Source: Candidatus Saccharimonadota bacterium
Lineage (GTDB): Archaea > Micrarchaeota > Micrarchaeia > Micrarchaeales > Micrarchaeaceae
Length of the DNA: 32,000 nt
Assembly: GCA_021654395.1 (NCBI GenBank)
Contig: AP024486.1
Span: 180,001-212,000 of the forward strand
Direction: 5' to 3'
Shown here: piece after piece, positions 1-10,870 of the stretch
Layout of the letters: each line of letters begins with the position of its first letter
Numbering within the stretch: position 1 is the stretch's first letter
Program-made: the position numbers and the translations under genes
Notes under the pieces: model-generated
Database searches by the model: none
Told to the model about the DNA's origin: nothing
The model's input: only the letters and a program-made list of their open reading frames with translations

Positions 1-1762
1 TGGAGAAGAAGTTTGCTATAACTCTCGCCTTATTTGGAGACTCTACAATAAATAGTGTAGATTTAACATCGCTTATAGCTTGAAGCTGCTCGGCTCTGCT
101 TCTATCTATCTCTAATGATATCTCTTTAAGTGATCTTCCATCTACTTTAAGATTATCTATATCTAACTCCTCTAATTTAAGATCATCTATAATAAATGAT
201 AGCCTACTCTCAAGCTGCCTTATAATATCCTTATCTTTTTCTATTATTACAGATAAGCCAAATGTTAATGGTCCATTTAGTATTCTAGAGATTCTACCAG
301 TTGCTTGTATATATGTTGATGTGTCTGCTATTCTTATTCTATCTCCTTCTATTGTAAAGTCATTAAGCTTAGATAGCTCTTTCTGTATTCTTTCTTGCTT
401 TATATAATGATCAAGATACTCGTAAGTCTTCTTTATAAGCTGATTATCTATATTATTATTCTTTATATTATCGTAAAGTACCCTTAAGGCCTCATTACTC
501 ATCTTTTTTATATACTTATTAAAGGCATATACTGTTCTTCTTAACTCATTATCATTTACAACCCCTATTATTCTCTCTAGTAGTATAGATGCTAGTGCTG
601 GTGGTGGCTTATCCCCTATCTTAAAAGTAAATGATGGTGCTCCTATAAATACTATATATCTTAGCCTTTCTGGGAGATCTATACCTCTTACTAATATCCC
701 ATAGTGACTAGCAGATCCGATAAGTATATCTAGCTGCTTATCTGCAAAAAGCTGAAAGTCTTTTATACTGGATGTTGAGCTGATTCTCTTTGCCTTATAT
801 ATCTTATTTACTCTATTTTCTATAGTATCTATAAGCTCTTCTTTTGCAGTATATGGATTATAAAGTATTAGGCCACCAGCCCCAAGGCTGCTTATGACTC
901 TTTCTGTATAATCTGCAATCTCTGTATCGCTTCTTGCTATTACATAAGAGTCTAGTACATTCCTCATATATGTGCTTGAGCTTCCTGGCATAAATCCAAG
1001 CTCTTTTAATAGTATTAGACTTGCTTTCCTTATGGTTGCAGATGAGAGCACTATCTGCTTCTTCTTACTACTGCTCTTATATAAGCTTACAAGCAGCGAT
1101 GTTGCTCTCTTTGATTTAGCAAATGAATCTACATCATCCAGAAAGTATAGATCTATCTCTGCTCCATTAAATAGATCTATATTTCTTATCAAAAACTTAG
1201 ATGTTACAATTAGAATATCGAAGCTATTGCTTGATAATGCCTCTTTAAGCTTATTCTTATCTGTGCTTATATATATCCTTGGATCTTTAGATATCTTGCT
1301 AGAGTAGTCTAATAATCTGTCATATATCTGCTTCGCTAGCAGCTTTGTTGCCACTATAAATAGCGTTCTCTTTTTATTTAATAGCATAAATAAGGATGAG
1401 ATTATACCAAATGTTGTCTTTCCAGAGCCTGTAGGCGCATTCAGAGTGAAGCTCTGATCAGTTAGAAGCTTATTTATCCATAGCCTCTGTATACCTGTAG
1501 GCTTTGAGCTTAAGATCTCTTTAAACAGCTTCTCCATCTCTGCCCTTTTATCCATTAGATCCTTTATATATCTCATACCATTAAGCCTATTAGCTGCTTC
1601 TAGGTATCTTATTACCTCCTCTAAGCTTATAATCTTCTTATCCTTAATATAGCTATCTGGTAAGCATTCCTTACAGGGTAGACCTTTAATCATCCTCTCT
1701 GCTTCTATGTCTCTGCCGCAGTTCGGGCAGGAGCTTGCATAAATAGCGTCTATATCTTTCAT
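1..1762 (-). CDS. rgy: Reverse gyrase, N-terminal zinc-finger plus helicase-like domain (5' part of the gene; the ORF runs off the window start where the topoisomerase IA domain begins)
   Basis: My own minus-strand translation from the ATG at 1762-1760 gives MKDIDAIYASSCPNCGRDIEAERMIKGLPCKEC (Cys4 zinc finger), Walker A NAPTGSGKTT and motif II FLDDVDS. The frame stays open to position 1 and ends ...LFIVESPNKARVIANFFS, the TOPRIM start typical of type IA topoisomerases. It is missing from the ORF track because the window edge truncates it. Confidence 0.9.
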   Translation of the reverse strand, partial: MKDIDAIYASSCPNCGRDIEAERMIKGLPCKECLPDSYIKDKKIISLEEVIRYLEAANRLNGMRYIKDLMDKRAEMEKLFKEILSSKPTGIQRLWINKLLTDQSFTLNAPTGSGKTTFGIISSLFMLLNKKRTLFIVATKLLAKQIYDRLLDYSSKISKDPRIYISTDKNKLKEALSSNSFDILIVTSKFLIRNIDLFNGAEIDLYFLDDVDSFAKSKRATSLLVSLYKSSSKKKQIVLSSATIRKASLILLKELGFMPGSSSTYMRNVLDSYVIARSDTEIADYTERVISSLGAGGLILYNPYTAKEELIDTIENRVNKIYKAKRISSTSSIKDFQLFADKQLDILIGSASHYGILVRGIDLPERLRYIVFIGAPSFTFKIGDKPPPALASILLERIIGVVNDNELRRTVYAFNKYIKKMSNEALRVLYDNIKNNNIDNQLIKKTYEYLDHYIKQERIQKELSKLNDFTIEGDRIRIADTSTYIQATGRISRILNGPLTFGLSVIIEKDKDIIRQLESRLSFIIDDLKLEELDIDNLKVDGRSLKEISLEIDRSRAEQLQAISDVKSTLFIVESPNKARVIANFFS

Positions 1763-1949
1763 AATCTCATTTACTTTTTAATAATATTCTTTTTAAAGTA
1801 ATCCTCCTTATAAATTATTGCTTTTTAAAAAATCTTTTATAGATTCTATATCTAATCTTATCATATAAAAGTGATCTATTATAAAGATCAGTGAAAGTAG
1901 CAGTAGCGAGCCTGTTGAATCTTATCAGCCGATAGAAATTAGTATAAGC

Positions 1950-2393
1950 TTGCCTCTTATAGTATGGATATCTATATTTATTATAGGTATAGTGCTTATA
2001 GCTATAGCGCATTTCCTTAGCAGAATACCTTTGATAGGCTCTGTAGCAGGATCTTTAGATAATATAGGCATATCTATCATATTCTACCCGGGAGATATTA
2101 TACTACCGCTAATAGCAGGTCTTTTGCTTGGTGACTCTATAGGAAGAGTTGTAGATAAGTTAAGCAGAGCCTTTTATCTCTGTATTATAAACGCTACATA
2201 CATATTCATTATATACATAATAATTGCTATAGTGCTTGTCCTTATATTCAATAAAGCCGTAATCTCATCTATTAGCTACAGTGGCTCTTTTATAAGCGTT
2301 ATGGCTTTTAATATAGGCCTTATACCTCTAATATCTATAGAGGTAGTAACTCTACTGCTTGCACTTCTCTCTTACCTTAAGCATAATGCCTAA
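1950..2393 (+). CDS. Hypothetical multi-pass membrane protein
   Basis: 147-aa ORF with a TTG start in the track. It has about four hydrophobic segments and is divergent from rgy. I recognise no family motif. Confidence 0.4.
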   Translation: MPLIVWISIFIIGIVLIAIAHFLSRIPLIGSVAGSLDNIGISIIFYPGDIILPLIAGLLLGDSIGRVVDKLSRAFYLCIINATYIFIIYIIIAIVLVLIFNKAVISSISYSGSFISVMAFNIGLIPLISIEVVTLLLALLSYLKHNA

Positions 2394-3562
2394 TACGATC
2401 TTTTAGATACTATCTTTATTATATCATTATCCTTTAAGATATACTCTTTAGGTATACGCATCTTTGATCTTGCATCTATAGCATAAAGCATGTTCTTAGC
2501 GAGATCTGAATGAATAATATATGCAAGATCCTCTGCTGTAGATCCTTCCTTTAATAGAATTGCATCTAATAATATATTACCATTGCTATCAGATAGGGAG
2601 TTCTCATTCTCTACAGGATATACAACTATATACTTCATTATATCAAATACTAATCTGTTTATTAGCTCCTGTACATGTGTACCATTATTCCTTACAAGAT
2701 AATCTTCTATTCTGCTAAGCGCGTCCTTTAGCGCTATGCTATCTGTCTCTTTTAGTATCCTGAATCTGCTCTCCCAGGGCCTATAGCTGATTATTCCTTT
2801 TTGATCAGCTCTTCTTAATGCTAGTTCTATATCTGCAGAACAGTGAACTGTTGGGTATCTGCTCTCTAACTCTTTTAGATACTCTTTATTATAGTTAAGA
2901 TCATCCTTGTTTGCTGCTACTATAAAAGACTTGTATCTGCTTATTACATATCTAGAGAACTGCTCTATCTCATCATTACTCCATCTTATATATCTTGATG
3001 ATAGACTATTCTGCTCTATAGCCTCTTCTATCTGCTCTTTCCTTAGCTTAAATGAAGACAGTATCTGCTGTAATGCAGATGGCCCGTCTTCTATCCTTGA
3101 TATAGATGGCATGTTTCTCTTTAATATAGAAGAGAGCCATTTAACTATCTCTTCAATTATAAACTCTACATCATCTACAGGGTTGCAGCTATCACAAGGA
3201 TTACCATTCTGATCGGTCTTACCAGATAGATCTGCTACAATTATAAAGCCCTCTGCTCCGCTTATATCATTTAGAAACTGATTTCCCATACCTCTGCCTT
3301 GATGTGCGCCCTTTACCAAGCCTGCAGTATCTATTATATTTATTGGAATAAGCCTTGTACCATCTATGCATAGATTATCTCTTGCATTACATCTTGTATT
3401 AAAATCTGACTCTACGCATCTCTTTGATAGATACGCTATACCTTTATTTGGCTTTATTGTAGTAAATGGGTAGTTCGCTATTGCAACCTCATTGAGCGTT
3501 AGGCTAGAGAATAAAGTGCTCTTTCCTTTATTTGGAGCTCCGATTATACCTATAGAAACCAT
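2390..3562 (-). CDS. Obg-family GTPase (YchF/Ygr210-like) with a C-terminal TGS-like domain
   Basis: G1 GAPNKGKST, G2 YPFTT, G3 DTAGLVKGAHQGRGMGNQFL, G4 ANKDD. The C-terminal ...ILKDNDIIKIV resembles a TGS domain. Confidence 0.8.
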   Translation of the reverse strand: MVSIGIIGAPNKGKSTLFSSLTLNEVAIANYPFTTIKPNKGIAYLSKRCVESDFNTRCNARDNLCIDGTRLIPINIIDTAGLVKGAHQGRGMGNQFLNDISGAEGFIIVADLSGKTDQNGNPCDSCNPVDDVEFIIEEIVKWLSSILKRNMPSISRIEDGPSALQQILSSFKLRKEQIEEAIEQNSLSSRYIRWSNDEIEQFSRYVISRYKSFIVAANKDDLNYNKEYLKELESRYPTVHCSADIELALRRADQKGIISYRPWESRFRILKETDSIALKDALSRIEDYLVRNNGTHVQELINRLVFDIMKYIVVYPVENENSLSDSNGNILLDAILLKEGSTAEDLAYIIHSDLAKNMLYAIDARSKMRIPKEYILKDNDIIKIVSKRSY

Positions 3563-3571
3563 GAATAATCA

Positions 3572-4459
3572 TTAAGAGGCTTTAATTGATTCTACTATAT
3601 TCTTAACAAAGCTTTGATTACATATGTATGATGGCGTATAGTTATCTATAATGCATATCTCTGCTGTGTATACATTTGCTAAGCCTATTAATCCCTTAGA
3701 TATATTGCTATTAGTATTACTTAGATTGTTTATTACATAGCTCCATGTATGACCATTTACTATTGCTGGAGAGACTAACGCACCTACTTCGTAGCTCTTA
3801 TTATTAAAATCTAAAAACGGGATAGCACCTTGTGTATCATACTTATTAACTGTTGCATTATCTAGAGGAGTTAACGGCTGCAGTGGCTCATAGAAGCCGT
3901 TTGCTGGAATATTTGTATACTGCTCTGTCTCTAAGAATGATATATAGCTGCTATAGTAGCTAGAGTTATAGAAGGTAAATGTTGGAGTATATGGAAATAC
4001 ATCTACTGCTGATGATGTCATATAATGAAGCATCGTAAAGTTTCCGAATCTTTCAAGAGCTAGTATCAAGCCCCATCTTGTAACTGCGCAGAATGGACAG
4101 TAGTCAGCTCCCAGATACAGTACTGTTGGCTTTCCATTATAGTTTATAGGAGTTCCATTAGTATTATTTGGTAAGATCTCTACAGACCCTCTGCCTATCT
4201 TATCTGCTAATGTCATATTATCCGCTATAGCTTTAAGCTCTGCTAATGTGGAGCTATTCAGAGGCTTATTGTCCATAAGACTTAGATTCTTACCTATAGC
4301 TGTCTCGTTCTTAACGCTGTTACTACTCTGCAGATAGATATATGCTATAGCTATAAATATTAGAAATGCTGCTATTACTGCATAGACTGCTGCCTCTTTC
4401 TTACCTAGCTCTCTATTACTTCTACTTTTAGTCTCTTTACTGCTCTTTTGATCTGCCAT
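3572..4459 (-). CDS. Membrane-anchored thioredoxin-fold-like protein with a CxxC motif (resembles the DUF929 family)
   Basis: N-terminal basic stretch plus a TM helix ([20 protein letters not shown]). Motif [24 protein letters not shown]. Many N-x-S/T sequons. The family assignment is from memory of the CPxC..RW motif. Confidence 0.55.
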   Translation of the reverse strand: MADQKSSKETKSRSNRELGKKEAAVYAVIAAFLIFIAIAYIYLQSSNSVKNETAIGKNLSLMDNKPLNSSTLAELKAIADNMTLADKIGRGSVEILPNNTNGTPINYNGKPTVLYLGADYCPFCAVTRWGLILALERFGNFTMLHYMTSSAVDVFPYTPTFTFYNSSYYSSYISFLETEQYTNIPANGFYEPLQPLTPLDNATVNKYDTQGAIPFLDFNNKSYEVGALVSPAIVNGHTWSYVINNLSNTNSNISKGLIGLANVYTAEICIIDNYTPSYICNQSFVKNIVESIKAS

Positions 4460-4534
4460 ATCTATCAGCTTATAAATTATTAGTAATAAGCTATCTTAAT
4501 TAATTTAACTTAGATAAGATTATTATGATTTATA

Positions 4535-4996
4535 ATGCCTATAAGTGAGTCTGAGCTTATAGAGAACGAGCTAAAGCTAAGGCTAATAAGAATAGATAAC
4601 AGTAGCATAGTATCAAGAAGATCACTTATAAGACTTCTGGCCTTATCTCTAGGGATAATTAATCCTGGTGAGAGTAGACAGTCTATAATACCAATAATAG
4701 ATGCTATAATATACATACAGTTTAATATGAAGAGGTATCCAGTAGTTGATGATATTAAGGCATATATAAATGAGAGATGGAATATTAACATAAATATAAA
4801 GACTCTCTATTACCACCTTCTTAAATTAAAGGAGCTAGGCTTTATAGAGAGCGAGAAGGGTCAGTACTTTATAAAGCCACCATTAAATGGGGATCCCTAT
4901 AATATAAAAGACTGTATAAGATACTATCTAGATAGAAATATAAATGAGATAAAGATGCAGATCGATAACCTTCTAGATAATATTAAAAACGCTTAA
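4535..4996 (+). CDS. Putative winged-helix DNA-binding protein
   Basis: 153-aa ORF. The segment IKTLYYHLLKLKELGFIESEKGQYFIKP looks like a recognition helix plus wing. An AT-rich TATA-like tract lies about 30 nt upstream. It is preferred over the antisense ORF 4510..4791. Confidence 0.4.
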   Translation: MPISESELIENELKLRLIRIDNSSIVSRRSLIRLLALSLGIINPGESRQSIIPIIDAIIYIQFNMKRYPVVDDIKAYINERWNININIKTLYYHLLKLKELGFIESEKGQYFIKPPLNGDPYNIKDCIRYYLDRNINEIKMQIDNLLDNIKNA

Positions 4997-5023
4997 TAGA
5001 TTAATAATCTATATCTGCATCAT

Positions 5024-6643
5024 ATGATATATATGAAAAGATTTAGCTATATACTGATATTTATAGCTGTTATATTAATACTAATATTAGCATATTTTGG
5101 ATATAGTAGATATAGCAGCAATAAGTACTACTTTGAGTTAGAGGCATCATACTCTAATACTACTTATCCATTTCAGATAGACTATATAAATATAACAGTA
5201 TTCAACCTAGGCAATACAACGATAAAGGGCTTGCCTGTAGGATACTACGAAGATAACAATCTAGTTAGTGTATTCTATGTAAATGCTACACCGCACAACG
5301 GATCTTTATATAAGATACCTTTTTATACCAGTGCTCCAGGCTTATATAATATATCTATAGTTGCTGATCCTGCGCAGCTCTATAAGGCATATATATATGA
5401 TAGATCTAAAACAGAGATTAGCTTACATATAAATGTTAGCAGATTAGGAAATAGCAATCTTCTCTATTATCTTCCATCTAATAATGTAAGTAATGCATAT
5501 ATATTCTTTGCCGAGAACACAACGGCAGCTGCTATAGATGGTATCGCATCCTCGCTATCTGGATCTTATAGTTACCTTAATCTGATAAATAATGTGACAA
5601 AGGCATTAAGGAATTTAGACAGGTATATGCCATACATAGAGGCAGGTTATATAAACTATAAGAATGGAAGCTATGCGCTATCAGATTACTTTGTAGGACC
5701 TAATAATCAGAATAGTATATTGCAGATACTTCAGAGATCTAGCATACCATTTAAGAAGTTAAACTCAAGCCTATATCAATTAGATATAAGCAATATAACA
5801 TCTTGCTACACATTTAATAGAGGTTGGAATATAATTGTTAGCTATAATGGATTATGTAGCTCTTTAAAGGCTTATAACTATACAATTAATATAAATAATA
5901 CAAATGCAACCACATTGAGATCTCTTGTTACAAGGGCGATATATAAAGGTTCTATTAATACAGGATCCATACTATATTATAATAACAGCAGCTATAGATT
6001 CTCAAACTTTAATATTATAGGAGATAATATATACATATCAACAGCATACAATCATAAACCAATTGAAAATATGACTGCTTCGTGCTTCGGAAATGTAACA
6101 GATTATAATGGTATATCGATCTGTACAACTACACAGATAGCACCATCTAATACTGTTATTATAAAGCAGCAGTACTCTGGTAAGCTATACAACTTTAGCT
6201 TAACAACTATAACAAATACCTCAGTTGATAGTATACTATCTGCTATAAGATCTGGAATAGATCTGATAGACTCATTGTCTCTTAATAAGAGTGCAGTTTC
6301 ATTTGAAAGCCAGTTTAAGAACAGCTGCTCTATAATAGACGCAGACCTATCTTGCAGCTTTAATAGATATAACTCTCTGCTTGATAGATTAAATATAACA
6401 TTAACAAATAGATACAATAGTAGCATATACTTATCAACAGTATACTGCTATAGCAATACTGCGATAATACCAAATAACATCAACTCGAGTATAGCCCCTA
6501 ATAATAGCATATATCTTAATCTTGCATGCTCTAATAGCAATAATATAAGTGTTGCAGGAAGCTATAAGCTATTGATGATATATACCATTAATAAGAAGCT
6601 GAAGTCTGCTAACGGTACAGTAAACTATACACTAGCTATCTAA
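5024..6643 (+). CDS. Secreted or surface protein with an N-terminal TM/signal anchor, very rich in N-glycosylation sequons
   Basis: 539-aa ORF. N-terminal hydrophobic anchor YILIFIAVILILILAYFGY. More than 20 N-x-S/T sequons by eye. The N/S/Y/I-rich composition is typical of archaeal extracellular glycoproteins. Confidence 0.6.
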   Translation: MIYMKRFSYILIFIAVILILILAYFGYSRYSSNKYYFELEASYSNTTYPFQIDYINITVFNLGNTTIKGLPVGYYEDNNLVSVFYVNATPHNGSLYKIPFYTSAPGLYNISIVADPAQLYKAYIYDRSKTEISLHINVSRLGNSNLLYYLPSNNVSNAYIFFAENTTAAAIDGIASSLSGSYSYLNLINNVTKALRNLDRYMPYIEAGYINYKNGSYALSDYFVGPNNQNSILQILQRSSIPFKKLNSSLYQLDISNITSCYTFNRGWNIIVSYNGLCSSLKAYNYTININNTNATTLRSLVTRAIYKGSINTGSILYYNNSSYRFSNFNIIGDNIYISTAYNHKPIENMTASCFGNVTDYNGISICTTTQIAPSNTVIIKQQYSGKLYNFSLTTITNTSVDSILSAIRSGIDLIDSLSLNKSAVSFESQFKNSCSIIDADLSCSFNRYNSLLDRLNITLTNRYNSSIYLSTVYCYSNTAIIPNNINSSIAPNNSIYLNLACSNSNNISVAGSYKLLMIYTINKKLKSANGTVNYTLAI

Positions 6644-6916
6644 TAACTTATCGAGCTCTTTAAAATCGTACTTTGTCTTACCTTTAGGAAATACAAGTAT
6701 CCCTGCTGCCCTAACTGGAAGCATATATCTTTCTGCTATATTATGCAGATCGTCTATTGCTACTCTTTTATCTGTATAAAGCTCTATAAAGTATGATCCT
6801 CCAGCAAGCTCTTCCTTATTTATAGAGAATCTTATATTTACGTATGCTCCAGCTACTCTAACTCTTATATTTATGCCATTATTCTTAATTATACTCTTCT
6901 GCTCCTCAGTTAGCAT
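6632..6916 (-). CDS. Hypothetical small protein
   Basis: 94-aa ORF with balanced, soluble-looking composition. It converges on the preceding gene with a 12-nt overlap. No recognisable motif. Confidence 0.35.
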   Translation of the reverse strand: MLTEEQKSIIKNNGINIRVRVAGAYVNIRFSINKEELAGGSYFIELYTDKRVAIDDLHNIAERYMLPVRAAGILVFPKGKTKYDFKELDKLLDS

Positions 6917-6957
6917 GATAATACCTTAATAATCTTTTACTTAAAAATAATTAATAT

Positions 6958-7980
6958 ATGCTCTCGCCTTTCATTAATAGCATTTATGGTTATATAAACG
7001 GCATACTTAGATATTATACAAGCCAGCTACTAGCATCATCAATAAGCGCTATTATAGCTGCCTTAATATTTACGATACTTCTTTCAATATTACTAACTTT
7101 TTATGCTGTTATATACGGCTGGGTAGAGAGAAAGCTGCTAGCAAGGGCACACTCAAGACACGGCCCCACATATGTTGGTAAGTTTGGAATACTACAGAAT
7201 ATAGCAGATGTAATTAAGCTACTGTCTAAGGAGCATATAACCCCAAAGTATGCCTCTAGAGGCTTATTCTTTGGTGGCATATTAGCAGTAGCAGCGTTAA
7301 CTGTCTTCTCTACCACTATACTGCCTCTATCTCCTTACTTTTACGGGCTTTACTCTAATTACAGTCTATTAATTATATTTCTTACCTTAGCAGTATCTCC
7401 ATTACTGATCTTTATAGTAGGTTGGGTCTCTGGTAATAAGTTCTCTTCTATAGCATCACAAAGATCTATAGTTGTACTTGTAAGCTTTGAGTCTGTTCTT
7501 TTAATTACATTAGTTGCTATATCGCTCAATGGTGGCTTTAATATAATAGATGTGGTAGAGGCTCAATCTAATATATGGAATATTATAAGATACCCGATAC
7601 TTTTCATTGTATTCTTAATAGCCTTGTTGGCTGAGCTTGAGAGGCCGCCATTTGACTTTAGAGAAGCAGACAGCGAGCTAATAGCTGGATGGTTAGTTGA
7701 TGTAAGCCCCAGATACTATGCTATAGCGCTGCTAGTCGATTACATAAGGCTATATATGGGATCATTACTTATAACTGACTTATTCCTTGGCGGTTGGTTA
7801 GGACCTGTCCTTCCAGCTCTTGTCTGGAGCTTTATAAAGCTTACAATAGTAACACTATTAATAATATTTATCAGAGTAACGTTCTTTAGAAGTAAGATTG
7901 ACAGAGTTGTTAAGATAGGTTGGGTTTATCTTCTGCCATTAGCAGTTATAAATCTTCTAGCAAGCTTTTTATTTATTTAA
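6958..7980 (+). CDS. nuoH: NADH-quinone oxidoreductase subunit H
   Basis: GWVERKLLARAHSRHGP, the ELERPPFDFREADSELIAGW motif, and about 8 TM segments. Confidence 0.9.
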   Translation: MLSPFINSIYGYINGILRYYTSQLLASSISAIIAALIFTILLSILLTFYAVIYGWVERKLLARAHSRHGPTYVGKFGILQNIADVIKLLSKEHITPKYASRGLFFGGILAVAALTVFSTTILPLSPYFYGLYSNYSLLIIFLTLAVSPLLIFIVGWVSGNKFSSIASQRSIVVLVSFESVLLITLVAISLNGGFNIIDVVEAQSNIWNIIRYPILFIVFLIALLAELERPPFDFREADSELIAGWLVDVSPRYYAIALLVDYIRLYMGSLLITDLFLGGWLGPVLPALVWSFIKLTIVTLLIIFIRVTFFRSKIDRVVKIGWVYLLPLAVINLLASFLFI

Positions 7981-7995
7981 TCCGAATAATTTAAT

Positions 7996-8355
7996 ATGCC
8001 TATTAAACCGATACTTGATGTAATTAAGAATAGCTTAGATAAGCAGTTTACTATTGAGTTTCCTGAAGATAATGAGGAGAAAGCAGACAACTATAAAGGA
8101 CTGCATAGACTAGATCTAGATACATGTATAAGCTGTGCTGCATGCCAGAGAATATGCCCTAATCAGACAATAGAGATGGTTGAAGTTCCATCAAAGGGTA
8201 ATAGAAAGATGCCACAGATAAACTGGGAGAGATGCTTATTCTGTGCTCTATGTGAAGAGGTCTGTCCAGTACACTGCCTTATATTAACAAAGGATACGCA
8301 ATATGAAGTCTATGATAGGAGAGATCTGTTAAAGAGACCTGAGGAGCTAAGGTGA
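7996..8355 (+). CDS. nuoI: NADH-quinone oxidoreductase subunit I (2x[4Fe-4S] ferredoxin)
   Basis: Two CxxCxxCxxxCP motifs: CISCAACQRICP and CLFCALCEEVCP. Confidence 0.9.
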   Translation: MPIKPILDVIKNSLDKQFTIEFPEDNEEKADNYKGLHRLDLDTCISCAACQRICPNQTIEMVEVPSKGNRKMPQINWERCLFCALCEEVCPVHCLILTKDTQYEVYDRRDLLKRPEELR

Positions 8356-8359
8356 TCCT

Positions 8360-8845
8360 GTGTTATTGATATATATCATATCTGCTATTTACATAATAGT
8401 AGCTTTAGCTGCATCTTACTTTATATTCTACCAAAGAGATATAATTAAGGCAGTTATCGCTCTTTCTTCAATATTTCTTTTTAGCGGCATACTTCTATTA
8501 TCTTATAATCTAATATTACTTGGCCTATTACAGATACTTATAACGATAGGGGGGATATCAACATACTTAGTCGTTGGTGTTGCAAATGCAGATATTGAAA
8601 GATTTAAAGGCTTTAGAAGTATAGCTTATATGCTTGTAACAGCAGTACTATTTGCTTCCTTCTTATATATTATATACATCTCTAATATAAGTAATACAGA
8701 AGAAGGCTTTAGTAGCTCTGCAATAAGCTATCAGATATACTCAAGCTTAAGTAATATAGTATTATACTTAGTTATATCTATATATCTAGTAAGCTTAGGA
8801 GCAGCAGCAGTCTACGCTCTTGTCTCGAATAGAAGAGGAGATTAG
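8360..8845 (+). CDS. nuoJ: NADH-quinone oxidoreductase subunit J
   Basis: 161-aa polytopic membrane protein sitting between nuoI and nuoK. GTG start 5 nt after the nuoI stop. Confidence 0.75.
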   Translation: MLLIYIISAIYIIVALAASYFIFYQRDIIKAVIALSSIFLFSGILLLSYNLILLGLLQILITIGGISTYLVVGVANADIERFKGFRSIAYMLVTAVLFASFLYIIYISNISNTEEGFSSSAISYQIYSSLSNIVLYLVISIYLVSLGAAAVYALVSNRRGD

Positions 8846-8846
8846 T

Positions 8847-9134
8847 ATGATACCTTTAATATATATAATAGCGGCTTTAACTCTTTCAATTGGATTAGCC
8901 GGAGTTCTACTAAATAAGAATCTAGTTACTATTGTTGTGTCTTTAGAGGTTATCTTAGTCTCTGCAACCCTATTTGGATTAGCCGGAGCTTACTATATAG
9001 ATCAGAGCTACCCTTTATTTGAGCTGCTTATAGTTATATGGATAGTTATGGCTCTAGAGGCGATTATGCTTATAGTTATATTTACATCTAAGAGGGATAA
9101 AGAGATATTTACTGATGTGGATAAGATGATATAG
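8847..9134 (+). CDS. nuoK: NADH-quinone oxidoreductase subunit K
   Basis: About 95 aa with 3 TM segments (MIPLIYIIAALTLSIGLAGVLLNKN...). The ATG at 8847 lies just after the nuoJ stop and is preceded by GAGGAG. I prefer it to the track's TTG at 8820, which overlaps nuoJ. Confidence 0.8.
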   Translation: MIPLIYIIAALTLSIGLAGVLLNKNLVTIVVSLEVILVSATLFGLAGAYYIDQSYPLFELLIVIWIVMALEAIMLIVIFTSKRDKEIFTDVDKMI

Positions 9135-9136
9135 CT

Positions 9137-10870
9137 ATGATACCTTATCTGTTATTTATACCTCTTATAGTTGGGATGCTTATATACTTAGTCTTGCCTA
9201 ATGATAAGGATAGCTTATCTAAGATAGTTGCCATTATAGCATCTTTACTCACTCTTATATTAAATATACTTCTCTATGCAGATCTAAACTCTATATACAC
9301 CATAAGCTGGTTTAGTATATCTAGCTATAGCTTTAATATAGAGCTAACATTCAATTATATAAACTATCTGCTCTCTATAATAGTATCTTTCATAGGCTTT
9401 CTTATAAACATATATGCAGCAGGCTATATAGATAGCTCTTCTAGAAGATTCTTCTTTGAGCTATCATTATTTGAGTTAGGTATGTTGATCTTTGCACTAT
9501 CCTATAGCATATTAGCTCTTCTAATAGGATGGGAGCTTCTAGGTATAAGCAGCTATCTACTTATAGGCTTCTATTATGAAAGAAAGGATGCTGCTTTTTC
9601 TTCAAGAAAGGCCATAACAACAGTAATGCTAGGAGATATATTTCTATTAGTTGGCGTTGCCTTGATATTCTCACAAGGCTTCTCAAGCTTATATGGTATA
9701 ACTGCTGCAGATAATACTGCTATACTATATGGACTAATCTTTATCTTGATAGGAGCATTTACTAAATCTGCACAGTTTCCATTCCATGAATGGTTAAGCG
9801 ATGCGATGTCTGGACCAACTCCTGTATCTGCGTATCTCCATTCATCTACAATGGTTAAGGCAGGAGTCTTCCTAATACTGCTAATGCTACCAGAATATCA
9901 GCTATATAATCTAACAGACCCTATACTTATAATAGGCTTCATATCTGCACTTATAGGAGCTATAAATGCATTATCTGAGAGGCATATTAAGAAGGTATTA
10001 GCTTACTCTACTATAGAGGATCTAGGCTTAATGTTTATAGCCATAGGCCTAAACCTTCCTTATGTAGCATTAGCTCTATTTGTATTTCAGACTTTCTATA
10101 AGGCAGCATTATTCATGTATAGTGGAGTTGTTATAAAGGCCAATGATGATAGAGAAGATATATACAAAGTCAGCGTTGATAAGGGACTTATAGCTAGTAT
10201 CTCTAGCTTAATAGCTGTGCTATCATTAATAGGCATATTCCCACTAAGCGGATACTTTGGAAAGGGATTCCTTTTAGACTCTTCTATTAGATCAATGTCA
10301 ATAGGAGAGTATAGCTATATTGCATTTGCTCTACTTGTCATAATAGAGCTCCTTACATCATTATATATCTTTAGATGGTGGCTTATTCCAAGAAGGAGTA
10401 AGAGCAATAGAAGCAAAGTTAGCAATCTTATGAATGCACCATTTTACATACTTGTTATAATAAATGCATTGGCTTATCCTATCTTCCTTCTATTCTTATA
10501 CTATATAACAGCTAATGGCTACTCTGCTACTTATAGCATAATAAGTATATACACAATTATTGACTATATTATAGCAGGATTAGCTGCGTATCTCTCTTAT
10601 AAGATAGTTAAATCAGGATATGATAAGCATATCATTAGCTTTAAGAGTATAGTGAATAGCTTCTATGCAGCTTTATATAATGCATTAAATGCATTCTCAT
10701 TAGCTTTATCGGTATTTGACTCTTATATATATAGATTCTATCTTTATATATCTAACTTGTTTATAATATTAAGCTCAAAGGTGCCTATTATACAGAATGG
10801 TAGATTAAATACTTATATAGTTATATTTATAATTGGTATTATAATGGTAATAGCAGTGTTAGTTATATGA
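9137..10870 (+). CDS. nuoL: NADH-quinone oxidoreductase subunit L (Mrp-type antiporter-like)
   Basis: FPFHEWLSDAMSGPTPVSAYLHSSTMVKAG signature. 577 aa, polytopic. Confidence 0.9.
   Translation: MIPYLLFIPLIVGMLIYLVLPNDKDSLSKIVAIIASLLTLILNILLYADLNSIYTISWFSISSYSFNIELTFNYINYLLSIIVSFIGFLINIYAAGYIDSSSRRFFFELSLFELGMLIFALSYSILALLIGWELLGISSYLLIGFYYERKDAAFSSRKAITTVMLGDIFLLVGVALIFSQGFSSLYGITAADNTAILYGLIFILIGAFTKSAQFPFHEWLSDAMSGPTPVSAYLHSSTMVKAGVFLILLMLPEYQLYNLTDPILIIGFISALIGAINALSERHIKKVLAYSTIEDLGLMFIAIGLNLPYVALALFVFQTFYKAALFMYSGVVIKANDDREDIYKVSVDKGLIASISSLIAVLSLIGIFPLSGYFGKGFLLDSSIRSMSIGEYSYIAFALLVIIELLTSLYIFRWWLIPRRSKSNRSKVSNLMNAPFYILVIINALAYPIFLLFLYYITANGYSATYSIISIYTIIDYIIAGLAAYLSYKIVKSGYDKHIISFKSIVNSFYAALYNALNAFSLALSVFDSYIYRFYLYISNLFIILSSKVPIIQNGRLNTYIVIFIIGIIMVIAVLVI

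Noticed and set aside
972-1307. 111-aa plus-strand ORF
   Set aside because: It lies entirely antisense within the reverse gyrase helicase domain. It is a shadow ORF with a low-complexity L/S/I composition.
1815-2012. 65-aa minus-strand ORF in the rgy upstream region
   Set aside because: Y/R/K-rich translation of AT-rich promoter DNA that overlaps the start of the 1950..2393 membrane ORF. No support.
2907-7316. Antisense track ORFs 2907..3212 (+), 4510..4791 (-), 6103..6426 (-) and 7101..7316 (-)
   Set aside because: Each lies wholly inside a longer, motif-supported gene on the opposite strand (the GTPase, the wHTH candidate, the secreted protein, nuoH). Their sequences are low-complexity shadow translations.
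8820-8846. The track's TTG start for nuoK at 8820
   Set aside because: It overlaps the nuoJ 3' end by 26 nt and adds a non-hydrophobic MSRIEEEIS prefix. The ATG at 8847 follows a GAGGAG motif and begins directly with the first TM helix.
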